Source: Bacteroidales bacterium (GTDB lineage Bacteria > Bacteroidota > Bacteroidia > Bacteroidales > Prolixibacteraceae). From it: 60,084 nt of DNA. How positions within the stretch are numbered: the first letter of the stretch is position 1; each line of letters begins with the position of its first letter. Position numbers and translations under genes: made by a program. Location: positions 1 to 60,084 of the forward strand of contig JAITWJ010000108.1 of NCBI GenBank assembly GCA_031285325.1, written 5' to 3'. Positions 57,937-60,084 of the stretch are shown here, piece after piece. The notes beneath the pieces were generated by a model. That model was not told the DNA's origin, made no database searches, and saw only the letters and a program-made list of their open reading frames with translations.

Positions 57937-57974
57937 CAAAATTATGCCTCAATTCTGAAATTAATTTGAAATTA
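57937..57974 (-). promoter_or_regulatory. -7 box (TAATTTTG) preceded by an 11-bp-spaced direct repeat TAATTTCA (candidate OmpR-family binding site)
   Basis: Plus strand TGAAATTA at 57956 and 57967; CAAAATTA at 57937-57944. Confidence 0.55.
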
Positions 57975-58150
57975 TCAGGCAGGATGATTTTTTTTTTAGA
58001 AACTGTTTTTAATTTACCGGATAAGCTTTTTTTGATATTCTTACATGAACTGCCAGTATTCGCCGTTGTGGAGCGCCATTGTTTGAAATCTTTTTATTTT
58101 CATATTCTTTTGTTTTTATTGTTTGTTATTTTCTTGTTGTTTCTGCGTTT

Positions 58151-58232
58151 CGTTCTTTGCGAGGACTTTAGTCCGAGGCAATCCAGCGTTGCCGTGTTGT
58201 TCCGGACTGCTTCGTGCCTCGCAGTTGCGAGG
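58151..58232. repeat. REP-like composite palindromic element
   Basis: TGCGAGG (58158-58164) pairs with CCTCGCA (58217-58223). CGAGGCAATCC (58174-58184) pairs imperfectly with GGACTGCTTCG (58204-58214). Inner hairpin GGACTttAGTCC. Confidence 0.65.
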
Positions 58233-58242
58233 AACCGTATCG

Positions 58243-58475
58243 TTTGCCCGTTGCGCAAACTGCGCAAGCGGTAAATCGTGCCGTTTGGTTGTTGCGCAAG
58301 CTGCGCAAGTCGTAAATCTCGCGATTTGGTTGTTGCGCAGGCCGCGCAAGTGTTAAATCTTGTGATTCGGTCGTTGCGCGGGTTGCGCAAGTGTTAAATC
58401 TCGTCATTTGCCCGTTGCGCAAACTGCGCAAGTAATAAATCGTGCCGTTTGGTTGTTGCAGAACTTCTGCAAGAT
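58243..58475. repeat. Array family E: six 41-bp units with TTGCGCA-N3-TGCGCAA core
   Basis: GTTGC starts at 58250, 58291, 58332, 58373, 58414 and 58455; the last core is TTGCAGAA-c-TTCTGCAA. Confidence 0.9.
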
Positions 58476-58623
58476 GTAAATAACAGGGTGTTGCCGGCTG
58501 AGGCTCGCATACTTTATTTCTGTTTAATTAAACTTCCTATAAATATATGTAAAACCATTTTAAACCGCAGAGAAAAATAATGTAAAATTATGCCTGAACT
58601 GTGATTTGTTTGTTTCTCCGAAT

Positions 58624-59910
58624 TCAAAACGGTTTCTTGGATAAGGATATTGTAAATCGATGTAACCCATTGCGGAAATCGTAGATGATACTCATGCCAT
58701 AAATACGGCAAATAGATTCAACCAATGAAAGGCCCAGTCCCATCGACCCTGATTTCTTGTTATCCTGATAAAAACGCCGGAAAATAAGTTTTTCATCTAA
58801 GATGTCGCCCTCAGCCGTGTTTGATATGGAAATGTACCTGGAAGAGATATGTATATTCACAATGCCTCTTTCCGGAGAATGGACAAAAGCGTTCTTTATA
58901 AGATTACTCAACAGCGTGGAGGCTAACGATTCGTTCATGGTGAACTTCAATAAAGCCTCTTCTGTGGTTTCTACCGATATTCCGCGAGCAGAATAAACTT
59001 CGGAGTAGTCGGCTGTAATGTTTTTAACAATCTTATTCACGTCTATCTCAGAACTTTCTGTAACCTGGGAGCTTTCTATCTTGGCAAGCAGCAGTAATGT
59101 ACGGTTCAGTCTGGAAAGGTGGTCGAGTGTTTGCATAACTTTGAGCACTTCACCCAATTGCTCTTCGGTTAAAGAGGGGTCGTTGGCGAGTATTTCCAGC
59201 CGGTTTATACAAATAGCTATTGGAGTCTGCATTTCGTGCGAGGCGTTACCTATAAACGACCGTTGCTCTTCATACATTTCGTTGTTGCGTTTGGTATTCA
59301 ACAACATTGCCTCGTTCAACCGCCTGAATTCCGTAACTTTGGTATCATTTTTCAAAGGTGGAACTTCGCCGCCAAGAGTAAGGCCATCGAGCCAGTTAAG
59401 CAGCGCGTAAAGCGGCCTGAAACTGCGGTATATAACCCATGCATTCAAAGCTATTATAGTCAACAATAGAATAATGTAAAGCGAAACGCTCCACCAAAGT
59501 ATGGTTGCCAGTATGTCTGACTTTTCAAACGTAGGAATCATTACGTTCAACTCGTAGTACCTGTTGTCGGCATTTCTGAATATGGTGCGAAGTACGCGGG
59601 CAGGTTCCGTTTCTTTCATCGATTCGATATAAATTTCTCTATCAAAATATTCTACATGGGAGACCTGTTCTGCATATTCGGCCGTAACTTCTTGAATGTG
59701 ATAGCTGTTATTAGTGCCATTATCTGCAGAAGGCAATTCCTTTCCCGCCAATGCCTGCATAATTATATATTCCGAGTATTCCTCAAGCGAATCATCCGTT
59801 TCGTCGTTTATTTCATCTACCATTATATAGTGGAACATGGTTGCCCATACAGCCAGTAAAATAAGCAAAGCCACCGAAAGACGAGATACTATGCGAGATA
59901 TCAGTTTCAT
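58624..59910 (-). CDS. Two-component sensor histidine kinase
   Basis: Two TM segments; H-box FIGNASHEMQTPIA; NLIKNAFVH; IFRRFY; GLGLSLV. Confidence 0.93.
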   Translation of the reverse strand: MKLISRIVSRLSVALLILLAVWATMFHYIMVDEINDETDDSLEEYSEYIIMQALAGKELPSADNGTNNSYHIQEVTAEYAEQVSHVEYFDREIYIESMKETEPARVLRTIFRNADNRYYELNVMIPTFEKSDILATILWWSVSLYIILLLTIIALNAWVIYRSFRPLYALLNWLDGLTLGGEVPPLKNDTKVTEFRRLNEAMLLNTKRNNEMYEEQRSFIGNASHEMQTPIAICINRLEILANDPSLTEEQLGEVLKVMQTLDHLSRLNRTLLLLAKIESSQVTESSEIDVNKIVKNITADYSEVYSARGISVETTEEALLKFTMNESLASTLLSNLIKNAFVHSPERGIVNIHISSRYISISNTAEGDILDEKLIFRRFYQDNKKSGSMGLGLSLVESICRIYGMSIIYDFRNGLHRFTISLSKKPF

Positions 59911-60084
59911 TCTTCTATAATAAGTTTATATCCAAAACCATATATGGCTTTTATTTCTATACGGGCTCCTGTTTCGCGTAACTTCCTGCGCAGATTTTTA
60001 ACTTGGGCGTATATAAAATCGAAGTTATCGGACTGGTCTATATAGTCGCCCCATACAGCTTCGGCAAGGGTGGTTTTCTTTACC
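59907..60084 (-). CDS. OmpR-family response regulator, C-terminal winged helix (5' part outside the window)
   Basis: Manual translation ...LAEAVWGDYIDQSDNFDFIYAQVKNLRRKLRETGARIEIKAIYGFGYKLIIEE*; the TGA overlaps the kinase ATG (ATGA). Confidence 0.9.
   Translation of the reverse strand, partial: VKKTTLAEAVWGDYIDQSDNFDFIYAQVKNLRRKLRETGARIEIKAIYGFGYKLIIEE

Overview
60 kb of a Bacteroidota chromosome, probably an anaerobic Bacteroidales/Marinilabiliales-type organism. This is inferred from the EF-G2 orthologue, the rpmB-rpmG-DUF4295-ftsY order, lipoproteins and repeated TAnnTTTG -7 promoter boxes. Most genes are housekeeping: fusA2, cobB, deoC, xseAB, trpB2, ftsY, ftsK-lolA, asmA, ychF, oxyR, nfeD, hppA, a patatin, and a PepSY-like/two-component locus. 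There is also a 10-gene [FeFe]-hydrogenase cluster (tetrameric Hnd/HydABCD type) with a sensory/kinase/phosphatase front end, a ten-FN3 surface lipoprotein and a metzincin lipoprotein pair. No rRNA, tRNA, transposase or cas gene was recognised. Two things stand out. (1) Six intergenic tandem arrays from five sequence-unrelated families all keep a strict 41/42-bp or 21-bp period, mostly built on palindromes. One family occurs twice, 46 kb apart, bounded by co-varying terminal inverted repeats and sharing a conserved tail. (2) A TonB-dependent receptor-hemG-hemH operon is preceded by a small membrane-anchored leader ORF ending in RPPP plus a terminator-like hairpin, a candidate ribosome-arrest-controlled porphyrin salvage system. 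All product calls come from motif recognition by eye; no searches were run.
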